A stretch of 58,194 nucleotides of DNA, counting the filler, from Sphacelaria rigidula (taxonomy: Eukaryota): NCBI GenBank assembly GCA_964200075.2. It is 7 parts of 7 records of this genome, joined end to end, with 100 filler letters (N's around TTAATTAATTAA, not from the genome) between each part and the next. Parts side by side here need not be neighbours in the genome. Positions count along the whole stretch, not along the records: positions 8,330 to 16,558 come from CAXNAA020011849.1; positions 16,659 to 24,886 come from CAXNAA020011850.1; positions 24,987 to 33,214 come from CAXNAA020011851.1; 4 more parts are not named here. One strand, given 5' to 3'. Below the pieces are notes generated by a model. The model ran no database searches. It had not been told where the DNA came from and saw only the letters and a program-made list of their open reading frames with translations. The translations under genes and the position numbers were made by a program. Of the stretch, positions 12,890 through 26,846 are shown piece after piece (positions within the stretch are counted from its first letter, which is position 1; every line of letters starts with the position of its first letter).

Positions 12890-13750
12890 ACAGTAGCGTT
12901 CGTTATAGTGATACACATGGAGCGCAGCGCAGCATAAAAGTTTACCATCGCCACGGGGTGCGGCGTCAGCACTTCTTATTGTCCACTTGTCAGACCCCGT
13001 GGGAAGCTGCTTCAGCCGCTGGCGCGGGCAGGCACACGCTACGCTGTCACGAGACTGTCTTTTGCTGCCATTACGAAAATATCACACGCCTCGTGCCCTA
13101 CCATTGTACGTCAATGCACGTACGCTACCTCGAAAACATCGGGGGGAGTCACGCCTTGTTCGTTTGGCGGAAGACAAAGCAACCAACATACACAGACATT
13201 TTCGATAGTTGTAAACAGCACTGCGTGCCGACTAACATTATTTTCCAAGGTGATGTTCGGTAGGGTACAGTTTTGTGTATACCTGGGGTATTTGCCCGAG
13301 TATTAACCGGCAGCTCTCTGACTTCTGAGAGACCTTCGTACCGGTGCCCGACAGATCTGTGAACTCTCTAAGACTTTCATACCCTACCCGATAGTTATGT
13401 GAGTTCTTTAAGCCTCCCCTACCGTTACCGGGGGGCACAGGTATGCTTTTGATAGGATACCCGTTTGCAGATACGATATTCTGTGCAACCTCCGCACCCT
13501 GTCCGACAGTATCTGTCAGTACTGCAATCCTCCCATACCCTTCCCCGACAGTTCTGTGAGTTCTGCACAAAATATTTGTACTGATGGAGTGTCCTGCACT
13601 GTATTACCCTAGGGTACCAAGGTACCACAGTGTACTCGAAGGATAAGTCACCGCCTGCCTGCTCGTCGGTTTCATGCACGATTGCGCACTACCACACTCA
13701 TGTAGAACATAACCGTCTGTGTACAGAACCATTTCATAATTCTGCGATAA

Positions 13751-14131
13751 TGTCTGTGCCATGAAACGATCCCCCCGATTTTGAGTTCGCGAATTTGAGC
13801 CCCCCCCCCAATTGTTTCAAAATCATCCGAAGAAAATGGAGATTCGGTGCCATAAAAGCTGGTCTTAGTATCGGTGAATGACTAGTCCACGACATACACG
13901 CATTTCAGGCCCGCGGTCGGTGTTATCAGTGTTTTCACCCTGAATATTGCAGCAGGCCAGCATTAAGACTGGCGTGCCAACCTCTAAGGCGAAACATTAT
14001 GCTCAATTATGCTCCTGAGACCAAGTTTTATGGCAACGAATCTTGATTATTTCAAGACCCCGATTTGAAAAAACAGAGGGGACTCAAAGTCGCGAACTCG
14101 AAATCGAGGGGAATGTTTTATGGAACGGACA
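13751..14131. mobile_element. MITE-like element with ~55-bp imperfect TIRs
   Basis: tgtctgtgccatgaaacgatccccccgattttgagttcgcgaatttgagcccc versus ggggactcaaagtcgcgaactcgaaatcgaggggaatgttttatggaacggaca. No clear TSD. Confidence 0.65.
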
Positions 14132-15380
14132 GACAGTAGAGAGTTTCGGTAGATTGCTCTTTCCATCATAGAGTCAGAGTGCAGACTGAAAGCCTTGAAA
14201 TTTCAGAGTGGACGCTAAAACGTTCACAGCGAAAGCTGATGTGACGTGCCTTGATGTGGAGGTTTTTTTCGCAGTGACCCGCAGGCTGTGTCGCCAAATG
14301 TGCGATCAACCAGCGTGCAGTCCTAAAATACACAGGTCATCACAGCTTTGACTGTGCCATACCCTGCGGCACCGTACGTACCGTACGTACCGTACGATAC
14401 GCTTCATTGCACCTGCAGTACTTCAATCCACCATGGCACACCACAGGGCACTGTAGTGCCGCAGTGCTGTGCAGGGTAGAGTACAGCCAGTGCAGTACAG
14501 AGAGTGCAATGCAAAACTCTACAACAGACAGTACGTCGCGGTACGGTGAACTACAGCGATACCGTACGGTCAGTTTTACAGTACACTAGTACAGTACAAC
14601 AGTACGCAACACTTTTAAACAAAAGACAAAGCCGCATGGTGACGATTTCTCAAGATGGCACCTATAATGGTGGTGCAAGAAGTCATGACCTCTGACAGAA
14701 TGGCAACGTAGCCAGGTGTAGTACTATTTGTGCGTTGTAAACTACAAATCGTTCACACCGTCTTCTTACAGCTAAAGCTGGAAAATATGAGGAACTGCAC
14801 CCAAGGCAACGGCGTGTATCCGCCGAGCATTTGAATTTTCCCTCAGCGCAACCAAGCGAATGCTGATACCGTGGCAGCGTCAGGAAGGTTTTCTCATTGC
14901 GATGCAAAGCGTCTCTACTTCGTGAATGGTCCCTTGTGATGAGCATGACAGTTGTGGTGGATGTCTCACTTTGCTTGGTAGGGTAAATTGATTTTGAACT
15001 GGCTGAGATCATGATGATGAAGGTGGGCGTTCTTCTTCATTCCGCTATGAACCAAGAAGAGGCACGATGGTTCTCAGAGTGAAGTGATGCAAACGGCACT
15101 CTCCCACTCTGAAAACTCGCTCAAAAAAATACTCTATGGCGGAAAGTGCACCGTTACAGGCTATTTTTCCTTTCACACTGACTCGAAGATGAAAAAGACT
15201 TTTTCCGAATCTCTCTAGTATCACAGATTTATGAAATAGTTCTGTACACAGGCGGTCATTTTCTGCATGAATATATTTCTTGGGTACGTCTATCATGAGA
15301 CCACGGCTGGACCCCTGTGTGACAATCAAATGAAAAATCAAATCATGGTAGGGCGTACTCGTGTATGAAGCCGACGATCA

Positions 15381-15665
15381 TGCAGGCGGTGACTTATCCT
15401 TCGCGTACAGTGTGATATCTTGGCACCCTATGGTAATACAGTGCAGGACACCTCATCGGTACAGTACATGGTGATGCCGTGTGGTAGTACATGATGGTAC
15501 AGTCGGCATTACGAGAACAGTGAACAAACAGTGCGCGAGCAGAGTTCTGTAGTGCAGTGCCGTACATCACCCCTCAAGCATAGCGACAACAGACCAGGAG
15601 AGTACATTAGCGTTCGTTATGGTGATACACATGGCAGCGCAGCGCAGCATAAAAGTTTACCATCT
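15381..15665. repeat. Dispersed copy of the foldback arm, preceded by a segment inverted relative to 13578-13660
   Basis: 15463-15665 matches ~12675-12950. 15381-15462 is the approximate reverse complement of 13578-13660. Confidence 0.8.
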
Positions 15666-16558
15666 CCAAAACTGACTCTTGTAGTCTGAGCAACTGTGGC
15701 CTCCCTGTCCTCCCGCCAGGTATTAAAGAAGGACGAGAGAGTTTTTGCAACCGCATGAAATACTCGCGGGGAAACATATAGGTTCTCTTCCATGAGTTCC
15801 GCGTTTTCCAACCTGAAAATCGTTTAATGCCCATCGCTTTCTAATAATAACGTTAAACTGTCAATTTATGTTCCGTTGTGTACTGATTGCAGTATCCCCA
15901 TGTCAGGAACGTTTGGAATTAATTGCTGTTTTACAGTATCTTCGCACGTTTGAACGGTCACTTTCCCTCAGACCACAAAAGTCGTTTTAATCATGTTTAT
16001 GTAGTTGGGAAAACCGATTTGTTTTGTTTTCACAGATATTGAGAAATTTGGTACATGTTGCTACGCCGGGCGACCTCTGGGCAGACGCCAGCCAGTCCAG
16101 TAGAGCGACGAATGCTAGCTATGATCGGGTTTGCCTGCCGTACTGCCGCCAGCGTTGCATGAAAGCCACAAGACCTTTGCGGTTGGCGGTTGATGGCGTG
16201 GGTGTCAAATGCAACGACAACTGGTTGATCATAGAGCACCCTTGTTCTTCGTGGGTTCATATATCGCCCCAGGTGGTAATGCGTGATCTCTTCACACCGG
16301 AATTCATTCTCGAAAGCTTCTGTACCGAGGTATTCACGCAGCCAGCGCGTGCTCTAGATTGCAGCATGGACGCACTCCTCTGCACCACGCTCGCAACCGT
16401 TAGATCACTACCATAGGTATCCTTTTTCACTCCGCATATGTCCAAAAGGTCTCTACAAGTGTTTGATGTCTCATACCCCCCCCCTCCCCCCCGCCTGGTC
16501 CGGCGAAAACCCGGCGTGCTCCGTCCCGGCTTTGAAGGGATGCGAGGTCAATGGTCTG

Positions 16559-16658
16559 NNNNNNNNNNNNNNNNNNNNNNNNNNNNNNNNNNNNNNNNNN
16601 NNTTAATTAATTAANNNNNNNNNNNNNNNNNNNNNNNNNNNNNNNNNNNNNNNNNNNN
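16559..16658. other. Artificial contig linker
   Basis: 44N-TTAATTAATTAA-44N. Confidence 0.98.
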
Positions 16659-19399
16659 ACGAAGATTTTAATTTTCCGGGTTTCTCATCCCCAATAAATG
16701 ATCCGTCCCCAATTTGTAAGATCCTGTGTTAATGACTCGTGATAGTGCAGATGGTTGATACCTCGAATATGTGGAATGTTGAGGGATTTGAACCTTCGAC
16801 CGAGTCCCCACAAGTAAGAATCATCTCCGCGACCTCGCAGCGAGAACAAATTATAACACTGGCCCTAACGAAGGCATACTGAAAACCATGCGGCAAGGCG
16901 GGTGCCACGTGTTTCGTAGGCGAAGGGTGCGTTGCCAGACCTCGAATCGGCGCCTCAGGCGCCGATTTAGACAAGGACGCGTTCTGGGACGCTAGTAGAT
17001 TGCTGGGAGCTCAGCCCCCGTGAAAGATCCGGATTTCGGTTTTCACACCAAGATCAAGATTGACCGACTCACGCTCCCGCATGGGAAAGTACACTGCGCC
17101 AGGACGACACAAAGTCGTCGGCCCACTTTCGCTGAAGCCACATGGCACAGAAGCCCCAATCATGTCTTTCAGTGGACCCACCCATCTTAAGACACGCACC
17201 TGTTGTATAGACAATGGTGGGTGACGGACGACCGTTTCTTTTCATTCTTTCTTGTAAAACAAGATCTTTGGAGTTAGATCAACTCCCCTAGACCGTGAGG
17301 GTAGTCCATCTGGACCATACATACTTTTTTCAAGTGAAAAATGATGCCGATTCAGGATGTGACCAAACCGTCGCGGTCAAAGAGCTAATTAATATCATAT
17401 TCATCAAATGAAAAGCCATGCCCACGGAGCAACAAATGCACTTTGAAACGCGAGTCATTCGTCCGACAAAAGTTGTGGAATTATCGTAGGCGATAAATCA
17501 AGCTCCTCAAACCATGACGAGGTGGTGGACCAACACCCGCCCAGCCCACATTGCACACCGGGTGACTATTTGTACTCCACTTGTTTGTGTAGGGCCGTCC
17601 TCGTTGAAGTTCATCAGGATATATGACTTTGTCGCATGTTGAGCACATGATGTTGACCCAACTTCGATCCGCCCAAGAATGGTTCAGCTGCCTGGTTCCA
17701 CTTACCGGCGCTGGGCTACAAATGTTCATGGTTGATATGACTTGATTTGAGTGCGTACGACGAGAATCGGAATTTCAGTAGGGCTGACGGTCTTGTGTGC
17801 TCCTCGGGTGCGCACAACGCGTTTTCGTTGAAATCTGCGCCACAGAAGTCGATTTCAGGTCTACCAAGGCCTCACTTTCTTCAGAGAATGTATGTACCGC
17901 CCTTGCCCGAGTGTTCTCGGTGTGCGTTGAGTTGGTTCAACCGAATCAGCCTCCTTCCATGCCAGGGTATCGCAAGCGTGTACGAAAGGTGACGCAGGGG
18001 CAGGTAATATATGAGGAACAACGGAAATAACGGTAGGGTTCTGGTTTAGACGGCAGTCCACTTTTTTATATATGAATTTTGGATCCATGCCGTTCTCTTC
18101 CGATGACGTGAGGCCCATTTTACTCCACGAGCCTGGAAAATCCCCAAAAGTCGGTCTGTTCGTCGTGATATTGGTCGGTGACACTTTTTTTTGCCTATTT
18201 TGGGGGGTCAGGCGCGCCCATAACAGTACAGTACCCCATTCGAGGAATTCGGCGGTCTGGTTGGTGAAATACCATCTTTTGTTGCAATGGACTAACTACG
18301 TTGTTGCGATCAAGTGATGTGTCAAATTGATCGAGTATAGATGACAGCTTTCATTGAAGGCACCGCTTCACCAGCTGGGCGCATTACTCCTCGAGCTGTG
18401 GCGATGTCAAAATCGACGGGAACGTCTATTGTTTCGGGTCTCACTCTGAATCTGAAACTACCCTCTGAATCTCACGAATATGGTGTTTATTGTAGATTGT
18501 TGATAGCACCGCGACCAGTTTAGGCGCCGTGCTCGTCCTTTGAGGATTTCTTTTTTTTTACAGGGAGTCGGGAAAGGCACGACACGGATGTAGTTCGTGC
18601 GCAAAAAACATGGCACGGGCACGTTTCATCTCAACTCCCACCGGCGGGCTACTGTCATCTTCGATTTTCAGAGCTCACGTCACATTAGTTCAATTCTTTC
18701 ACTACATGAGTTTTTATCTCCGACCCGTGGTCACGGGGTGCAAGGAACTGACCACCGATGACCATAGAACCAAGAGTCGACAGAGGATGTCTTTGCACAA
18801 AAAACTGTGCACGAAAACAATCACCCCGCCAAAACCGATCGAGCAACGAGGAACACACTGCAAGCCAGAAAATTACCGGCGTGCGATCTAGACGACCAAA
18901 TTACCACCCCCTGCTGCATGTACATATAGGAACAGCAAACGCAGGAATCGACATGTCGCAGGCAGCGAGAACCACCCTGAGTAAGACTTGATAATATTAA
19001 AGAATATCCCAGGTTCATGGAAATTAGGTGAAAGCTTCATCGATGAAACATCAACTGACTTGGCTCAGCATCAACATCAAGTGAGTTGATCACCCTGATA
19101 TTAGTTCGGTGCAATTACCAAGAGCTAACCCAACTTCGAGAACCTCAAATCTACCTGCCCTTTTGTTTTCCCCCTCACACTTTCAATCCCCCCCGCCTCC
19201 TCGGAACGAGTCCGTGGTCTCGAGGGATCAACTCACCTCTCTCCCGGTACGCACCTTTCGTTTCGCTCTTGCGGATTAGGTCAGCACTTCCGCACCGCGT
19301 CAACCCACGTCACACAAACCCAGTCGACTAATATTGTTTACCGACGTACTTACGTTTTCCACGGTGGAAATCGTACATAACGAAGGAAAAACCCAACCA

Positions 19400-19468
19400 A
19401 TCGGGAATCGAACCCCCGTTCTCTCCGCCCCAATGGCAACAGTCGGACCAATACACCACCGGGGCGCT
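19400..19468 (-). mobile_element. tRNA-derived head of a probable SINE (second family)
   Basis: Minus strand gccccggtggtgtattggt...gggggttcgattcccg has a Pol III A box (TGGTGTATTGG) and B box (GGTTCGATTCC), but the acceptor stem cannot close. Confidence 0.6.
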
Positions 19469-22400
19469 AGAAGCAGATATTGCCGTGATGTGTCAGGAGC
19501 AATTTAGAACGAAGGCAATATAAAATTGAGGACACCCAATGACCCCCAATCCTGGCCCCCGAAAAGTACTGGGAAAAAGAAGTTGGTTTGACGACGTGAC
19601 TGTAAGACTACACAACGCCGAAAGAACCGGAGCCCAAAACGAGAAGAAACGACGCCGCTAAAAAGTCACAGAGACTGACGGAAGCTGACGTGGATGATGT
19701 CGGATCTGACGAAGTTCGTCACGTCCCGAGTGTAGACATCTGGTTTTGGAACGCAGCACGGTATCAAGAAGGTAGACAAGGGGAAGGTAAAGAAACGAAG
19801 AGACGTGAACAAGCGTGCAGGCTGAAGCGTGCGGGCTGCAGATTGCACTGAGGCATGTTGGAAGAAATTAATAAAGAAAAGTCTGGTACCGACGAGAGCA
19901 ATCATTGAAGGTGTCAGAGGGCAGAATGAAAATAAGACTACACATAGTTGAGAGGGAGTTGAACAGGGACAAGGAATGGCCACTTGTGGTAATTACCGTC
20001 AGCGGCGGTTTAGCTTCCAGCTCCGCTCCTGGTGGCCGTGGGTCGGCTACCTTGTCGGGTCGTACTGTTTTTCTTCTTTTCGAGGGGAGGGGAGAATTTA
20101 GTTGGTGGCCTGACGGGTTAGTTTCTGGGAGGGGACAGGGAATTATCACTGACCCGCGGTGCTTTGCGCGGTGTCGAATCGTCGTTTCTTGACGCATATG
20201 ACGTATTCTCTTCAACAAGTGCCGTTGGAAATCAGACAGGAGCGTGGCACGCGTGTCGTAGAAACAGAGGTCACACCTTGTGAAAGCTGGTTCGCCATCC
20301 CCCGCCAAGAGATCATAGAGTGTTTTTTGGGACAGGGTTGCTGTACATTCGTAACACGGATGAGTGCACTCCTCGGCCGCTTTCACGAAGGTTTTTACGC
20401 ACGCGCGGCCGTCCGCGTGGGCGTATACCCTGTCTTTACCGCCGATAGGATCGGACATGCGATGGTACGGGGTGCTGACCCCGAACTTGCCGCCACACGC
20501 TAAGCAGAGGAAGGGCAGCTGTTTCCTGGAGCCCTTCGGGACTAGTTTTGTATCCTGCGAGATAGAGATGTGGGTGTTGCAGGTGGAGCACCTGTCAATG
20601 CCGAACGATTTGGGAGGAGAACGAAGCGACGGTTGCGGAAAGTTCTGCGAGAAAATAGTACGGAAGGAAAGATAGTTGTACCGTGAGCGAATGCGCGACG
20701 AACGGGTGTTGAAAGCAACGATGTCAAGTAAGTTGAAAAGGGAGGAAGTGGGATAAGAAGTTGCCTTCGGTTATCAGGATACTTCTCAATGAACCTGCAC
20801 TGAGGAAACCACGGCCTCCACGTAAGTGTGGCATTCTGTACAAGCACGTCTAGCATGTAGGAGTGTATTATCACAAAGAAGGTAGGAGGTCCCCTCCTAG
20901 CGTCCCGTTCCCAATGTGTGTCGAATCGTGGGCTTGCAATGGTTGGCGCCAACTCCGGTGGGAAAGTACACCGAAAGCATCGAAGACATGGGCTGGGGAG
21001 TGAGCCAGTTAAAACTCTATATCTTCATTGCTATTACTGGAGTTCAACTGGAAATGGGTACGAGAGCGCCAGTTGTCCAGTTCATGTGGAGGTGTTGCGC
21101 CGCTTGTCTATAACAATTTCTATAGTAGTTCAATGATGGGGAATTTGTAAGGAAGAAACACTGTGCACGATTAGACTGTAAGGTTGAAGTCAGCAGTCTA
21201 CAGCAGTTCAGGTCCCAAAAACGTCGGTGGTACCCGGTTGTTCTGCAGTTTTTTTTATCGCCGACATCGGGTCGCTCGACGGCTGGTCAGTCGAATGAGA
21301 TAAACGAAGAAACGAAGAGGTGGGTCTCAGTTCTGGTGGGACGCTTGGTGCTCAAGTGCCGAACTCCATACCCCAATTCACAATTGCATGAAGATCGATG
21401 TGACCATGAAGCAGGAGATACTCACAATACGTCGAAGTAATGTAGCAGGTATGTACTTTATCCAAAGAAAACAAAATCCGGTTACGGGCGATCGCAAAAC
21501 GAACAAGCGTTCGATCGAATAAGCTGCGGTGAGGACCTGTTTACTTCAATTGCCCAAGGTACTGCCAGGGCGTGGCATGTTTGTTCCGATCCCCAGGTCC
21601 CCAAGAAGAGGGTTTGCTGCTGGATGGTGTAGAGAAATGATGTTCGAATCGCTACTACATACCGAAGACATGTCAGAGCAGTACGAGGCTCGTATCAGCT
21701 CGCAGTGAGTGGTTACATTATTCACAACCAATTACGGTTACCGCAGGGAAAAAATATCAAAACACGGAAATTTTCTGTCTTGGGCAACGCTCGTGAGCGG
21801 GACTCCCTACCAGCCGGGAGGGGCGATTAGCTGGAAAAAGTGGATGGAGTGGCAACTGGCGCGGCAAGTGTTGACGGAACTGAAGAGGGCTGCTTGTTCA
21901 CAGCCCCGAGAATAAATTTGAGTTTTTTTAGCGTTAAGGTGCATTGGGTAGGGTACGAGAGTTTTCGTGGATCATACAGAAGTAGGGAGTACCGATAAGA
22001 AATCGCTAGGAGGCCACGGAACTTGTCGGGTAGGGATAGAAGGCTTACAGAGCACTGGTGGTCTTGTGATGAAAAAGGGTTGCATAGAAAATAGAACATG
22101 CACCCGGATATTTGTACAAGGGTGTAGGGTTAAACCGTGTGTACAGAGAGAACATAACTATCTTGGAAGGATATGGTGGATCACAACAGTCACGCAACTG
22201 TCGTGGACCGGTAGGACAGTCTTCGACAAGTCACAGAACTGTCGAGGGATTAGGAAAGCGTTACTGAAGTCAAAGATCTGTCGAGTAGGGGTGTGCAAGT
22301 GACACTGAAGCCATAGAGCTATCAAGTGGGCAACGAAAGCCTTACAGATTTCACTGGAAACATCGGGTAGGCCAACCACAGTCCAAGAGAAGCGACAGAA

Positions 22401-23463
22401 CTGTCGGTTACGGGGATGAAAGTTTTCCAGAAGTCACCGAACTGTCGTATAGGGAAAATATATGTAAAGATACCCCGTGTATGCAACAAACCGGCCCCCA
22501 TACGAGATAGGGTTGGACACCATAGACCGATACCCTGCAAATTGATACCGATGGCGGCGCAGATGAAGGCCCCCAGTCGGTCCGATACCTGTTGATTATC
22601 ATGTTTCGCTTTCCCTTTCAACTCGTACCCTGTAACCCATCTGTTCCCCGAGCAGGAAAAAATATCTTGAAGGGTGTACGGAGTTGAATACCAAGGGGTG
22701 TTAGATGGATGGAGGTTGGGGAACAAGTGCGAGTTTTCAAAACAAAGGTAGAGATTGAGTTTAAAACTTCTCCCCTCCCGGGTAATACCCGCACTCTGCC
22801 TGCGTCGCATTTACGCACAAGGGTATATATGTTGAATCCGAGCCGGGATTACGGGAGGCTTACAGACCTTGCAGAGTCGTCGACCAAGGGTATGAGGCAG
22901 TTTCAGATAATAACAAACTGGCGAGTAAAGTCAAGACAGGTCTTACACAGCCTCTGCGTACCGGTTTGATAGTTTTACACGGTTGAAAGCACTGGACATA
23001 AGACAGCAGGAGCCAATCGCCCCGGCGAAGACGAGATTTTCTTGTTTTACCATATCATGACGACAAGGTGTACGTTAGTTTGAACCATACGTCGTACGAA
23101 TAAAAATACAGCTTGTTGACAGCACTGATGGCAGCACGCCGGAATTTGTGTTTCAGTGCGCAGCGATGGCACGATGAGCTGCGTCTTGCCGTTGATCCCA
23201 GTAAAGAAAAACAGCGCACATACATACCGGCTCTGCACGCAATTGGCTGCAGGGTCGAACTCAGTTACCAGTTCCCCGGTACATATGACAAATGTTGACG
23301 TGTTCATGAAAAGTATCTTGCGTAGCGAGAGAAGAGAAGTTCTAAATCTCCAATGTTGCGTCGTCGAACTCGATCCACCCACAGGGTGTGTCGTTGTCGA
23401 CCAGGGATGTGATGGACTTACAGCACATACAAAACTGTCGGATTGAGGACACACACAGCAGTA

Positions 23464-23690
23464 GCCGGTCGCCCCGGTGGCTCAGATGGTAATCTCGAAA
23501 CCTTCTGACGGTTAGGACGTGGGTTCAAATCCTGGGAAGGCCTGGGATTTTCTCTCACACCATGCCCAACAGTGGAGAGCGACTATGTCGTGAATACACA
23601 CAGTTCGACTTCACGGTCGACGAGGGAAGGGACTGCTGGACCATTCTCTCGGTAAAAAGAAAGGCAAGCACCGCAGAAGAAAAGTGGGGT
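23464..23690 (+). mobile_element. tRNA-derived SINE (family 1), 3'-truncated
   Basis: gccggtcgccccggtggctcagatggt (A box) ... gggttcaaatcc (B box), followed by a body (cacaccatgcccaacagtggagagcgactatgtcgtg...ggtcgacgaggga) shared with copies at 38.3-39.0 kb, 41.9-42.1 kb and 47.4-47.8 kb. Confidence 0.8.
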
Positions 23691-24169
23691 GCTCAAGAAA
23701 AAATTAAAAGAAGAAATTCCTGTATTAAGGCTACTTCTTATGTATCGAAAAAACTCTATCAGAAAACGCGTTTTCTGATAAATGACCAAAAACCCACTTA
23801 TTATGTGATCATAAAACGCGTTTTCTGATAGAAACCCGATAACATTTTCCGATAGCACAAAGTTATCAGAAAATCGTGATTTTCTGATAACCTTGAGCTA
23901 TCGAAAAACGTTATTGAAAAAGCGTTTGAAGTCGTTTGAAGACGTTTGAACACACATTACAGCCCGCTACAGCACCTGTGATGGCTTGTCTGACATAACT
24001 ACTAATGCTGTCGCCCGTGCTCGCGGGCATTCAGCGTGTTGCATCATTGTCCTTCACTCGCCAGTAGCGTGGTGGCACTTTACCCCATGAGAACAGCAGA
24101 GGGTAGGGTCGTCGATGACAAATGCTGTACAGACAGAATAGTCTCTATGCTGTATGTTGTCCCTACAAA

Positions 24170-24530
24170 ATATTGTAGCTCAGTTCATGTCTGTGCACGC
24201 GTGTTGCGAAGAGCCGTCGCAATGCTTTACAGGCTGCCCACGCACCCAAGCCTTGTAGAGACAGGACCGGACTGACAGAACACACAAGACTATGAGATAG
24301 GTAGTGCTACTACTGTAGTACATCCAACGCATACAACACAACAGTGGTGTCTGTACTGTTGTCTGTGGTGCCCGTACAACCGAGTTCTACAGTGCAGCGA
24401 ACTTGCAGCTCAGTTGAGGTCTGTGCATGCAGCTTGTTGCGAACAGACGTCGCTTTGCTGTACAGACTGCCTACGCACCCAAGCCTTGTAGATACAGGAC
24501 CATACTGACAGCACACACAGGACTATGAAC
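24170..24530. repeat. Diverged direct duplication (~120 bp, two copies)
   Basis: gctcagtt...gttgcgaa...acgcacccaagccttgtaga...ggacc...actgacag..cacac at ~24178-24295 and ~24408-24527. Confidence 0.7.
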
Positions 24531-24886
24531 AGTGGTACTGTTGTAGTACTACAGCCGATGCATGCAATGCAGCTCTGTTCTGTGTACTGTTGTCTGTGTT
24601 GTCATTTCAGTCAAGTACAACAGTACCGTGCAGTGAAAAAGCACAACCGTCACTTCTACAGTCAGTTGGTACAGCAAGGCCGTACTCGTATTCTTTTTGA
24701 TGGTCTTGCGTCACGCAGCCCACCATGTATTGCTCAGGCAATATATCACAGAAGTAAAGCCAGTCAGTACGGACCGTACACCACGACAGGACAGCAGAGT
24801 GCTGCGTCTCTCTTGCACGCCCCAGACGTTGAAAGTATGCCTGCACACCTCATAGAAAACGATGAACACTGCGTTTTCAATGTTGA

Positions 24887-24986
24887 NNNNNNNNNNNNNN
24901 NNNNNNNNNNNNNNNNNNNNNNNNNNNNNNTTAATTAATTAANNNNNNNNNNNNNNNNNNNNNNNNNNNNNNNNNNNNNNNNNNNN
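24887..24986. other. Artificial contig linker
   Basis: 44N-TTAATTAATTAA-44N. Confidence 0.98.
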
Positions 24987-26846
24987 CACAAAGGACGCGG
25001 GCGAGGAGCTTCCTCTCTGTCGTTGCTTCTCTGGTGATATCGTCATCGACACGCGTGTACACCGCATTCGTTAGGTGCACCTAGCCACAGCTGCTCAACT
25101 GCTGCGGACATATGGGAGGAGAAGGTGGCCTCGCTAGGTCGCTAGTGCGTCGCGTCTTCCCTGCAAAAGAAGAATGCCACTTCAACCCCATATTTTGTAT
25201 CAACCGCATTTTCTAGGATTCACTATTATATGTTGTCCAGATTCCAATGATGCAGCATAAAACATGCGTACATATTCCTCGTCTTCCATTTATATACGAG
25301 ATGAATGAAGTGTCCATATTTCCCACCAGTGCCCAGTACAAGAGCTGTGGTTAGTGCATACTGTGCATGTTAGAATAACTTGTGTCCGTAGCACTGTCCT
25401 TGCGATAGGCTAACTACCGTTCAGCGAACAGTAGTATGCAGAGGTTGCACCCTAGTTTTCAGACCAGTTGCGTCTGCAGCTCAGAATGAAATCGGTGAGA
25501 CAAATGGTTGATTGGGCTCTTCATTCGGCCAAGAAAAACAGGACGTATACTCTCCTCTCAAAACAGAGAACTGATGGTAGTGAAGAAGAGTGATCGTAAG
25601 GGGCAGTGAGGACCACCGATTACAGTTCTTTCAATCCTGGAACAGCAAACACAGCTCTACACGTACGTAGACTAAAACATATCCATGAATCTGACGCGAT
25701 GGTTTGCCAGCTCATAGACTGGATTCTTACTCAACCTACGACACCAACAAACACTGGCAGCACACTGACTTATCCCACGAGCTTACGTGGCAAGTCTGAC
25801 AAGATATTGAACTCGAGGATCCATATAGAAAACAGTACTTGCACCCTTGATCAACATTGGGAGCTCCTAGCTGAACCGGAACATGTTGTGCCGCTAGTTT
25901 GCTAGAGTAAAAACTCACGCACAGGGAAAAAGCAGCTAGACTGCTGGCTGTGTAAATTTCCAACAGTGCACTCTTCATTCGTGTGACATTACTTGGGGTG
26001 TACACATTACCCGTTCGTGATTCGTGCGGTACGACCTTGAACGTACAACTTTGAGCAATGCTACGGCAGGCGTACACGCTTTTCGCGAAATATTGTCTAG
26101 TTCAGGGGCTCTAGATGCACAAGAATATGGGTTAGGGCATCCCCGTTTGCAAATTCATTCGGGATATGCCCAGCACAGTGGAGTAGTAATCCTGGCGTAC
26201 TTTTACATATTTTCATAAGTGATGTTTTGCATGAGATCAAGCGCTCCTAACATTTCCAATCTCAGAAAATGTTTGTGCACCCTTACCGTAGTATCACTCC
26301 TCTACCGTTTGTGACCCGTACCGGATTGCTCTCGGGTATATGACAAGCATTCAGCATTCGTGGGGAGTCCAGTCATAGAATCTCTGGTTCGTCCGAACAG
26401 TGCCGTTCTGCATACTCATACTGAGGCAACGAAAAGGCTCCGACGTCGAGGTCTAAGTGAAAATCGCTGCACGTGCTGTTGTTCAGGGTTCAGATGGTGA
26501 TAACGACGTGTTGCACCTGGAAGAAAACGTTGGGCAAAAGTACGAATAACCCGCCGAGCAGAGGTGCCACGGTCGATCGGGGGGATGACTACGTTTGGCC
26601 AGCCCTCGGTGAATTGCCAGTAGAGCACACGGTTCAGCAGAAATAACAACCGCAACTCGACGAAAATTGGGTGGAGCGCGGCGCTAGGACCTCTGGACCT
26701 AACGGCCTTACGAAGTGCTCCGCAATAAAAACCAAAACCGTGCCAATCACTTGTCGTTCGAGACCCTTGATAATGTACGGAAGTACACACCAATACATAC
26801 CCCGAGCAATCTGAACAACGAGATTGCTACAAGGGATACGTGTCAA

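Noticed and set aside
17790-17980. Minus-strand IDFCGADFN resembling an EEP endonuclease GDFN motif
   Set aside because: Single short motif amid stops with no other supporting motif recognised.
19868-20458. 196-aa Cys-containing ORF as a zinc-finger gene
   Set aside because: Has CxxC pairs but no recognisable family or splice support. Possibly a decayed TE fragment, left unassigned.
23464-23540. Functional tRNA genes (also ~19400-19468, 38730-38799, 38940-39013, 47730-47801)
   Set aside because: A and B boxes are present but there is no closable cloverleaf, and most continue into a shared repeat body, so they are SINE heads.
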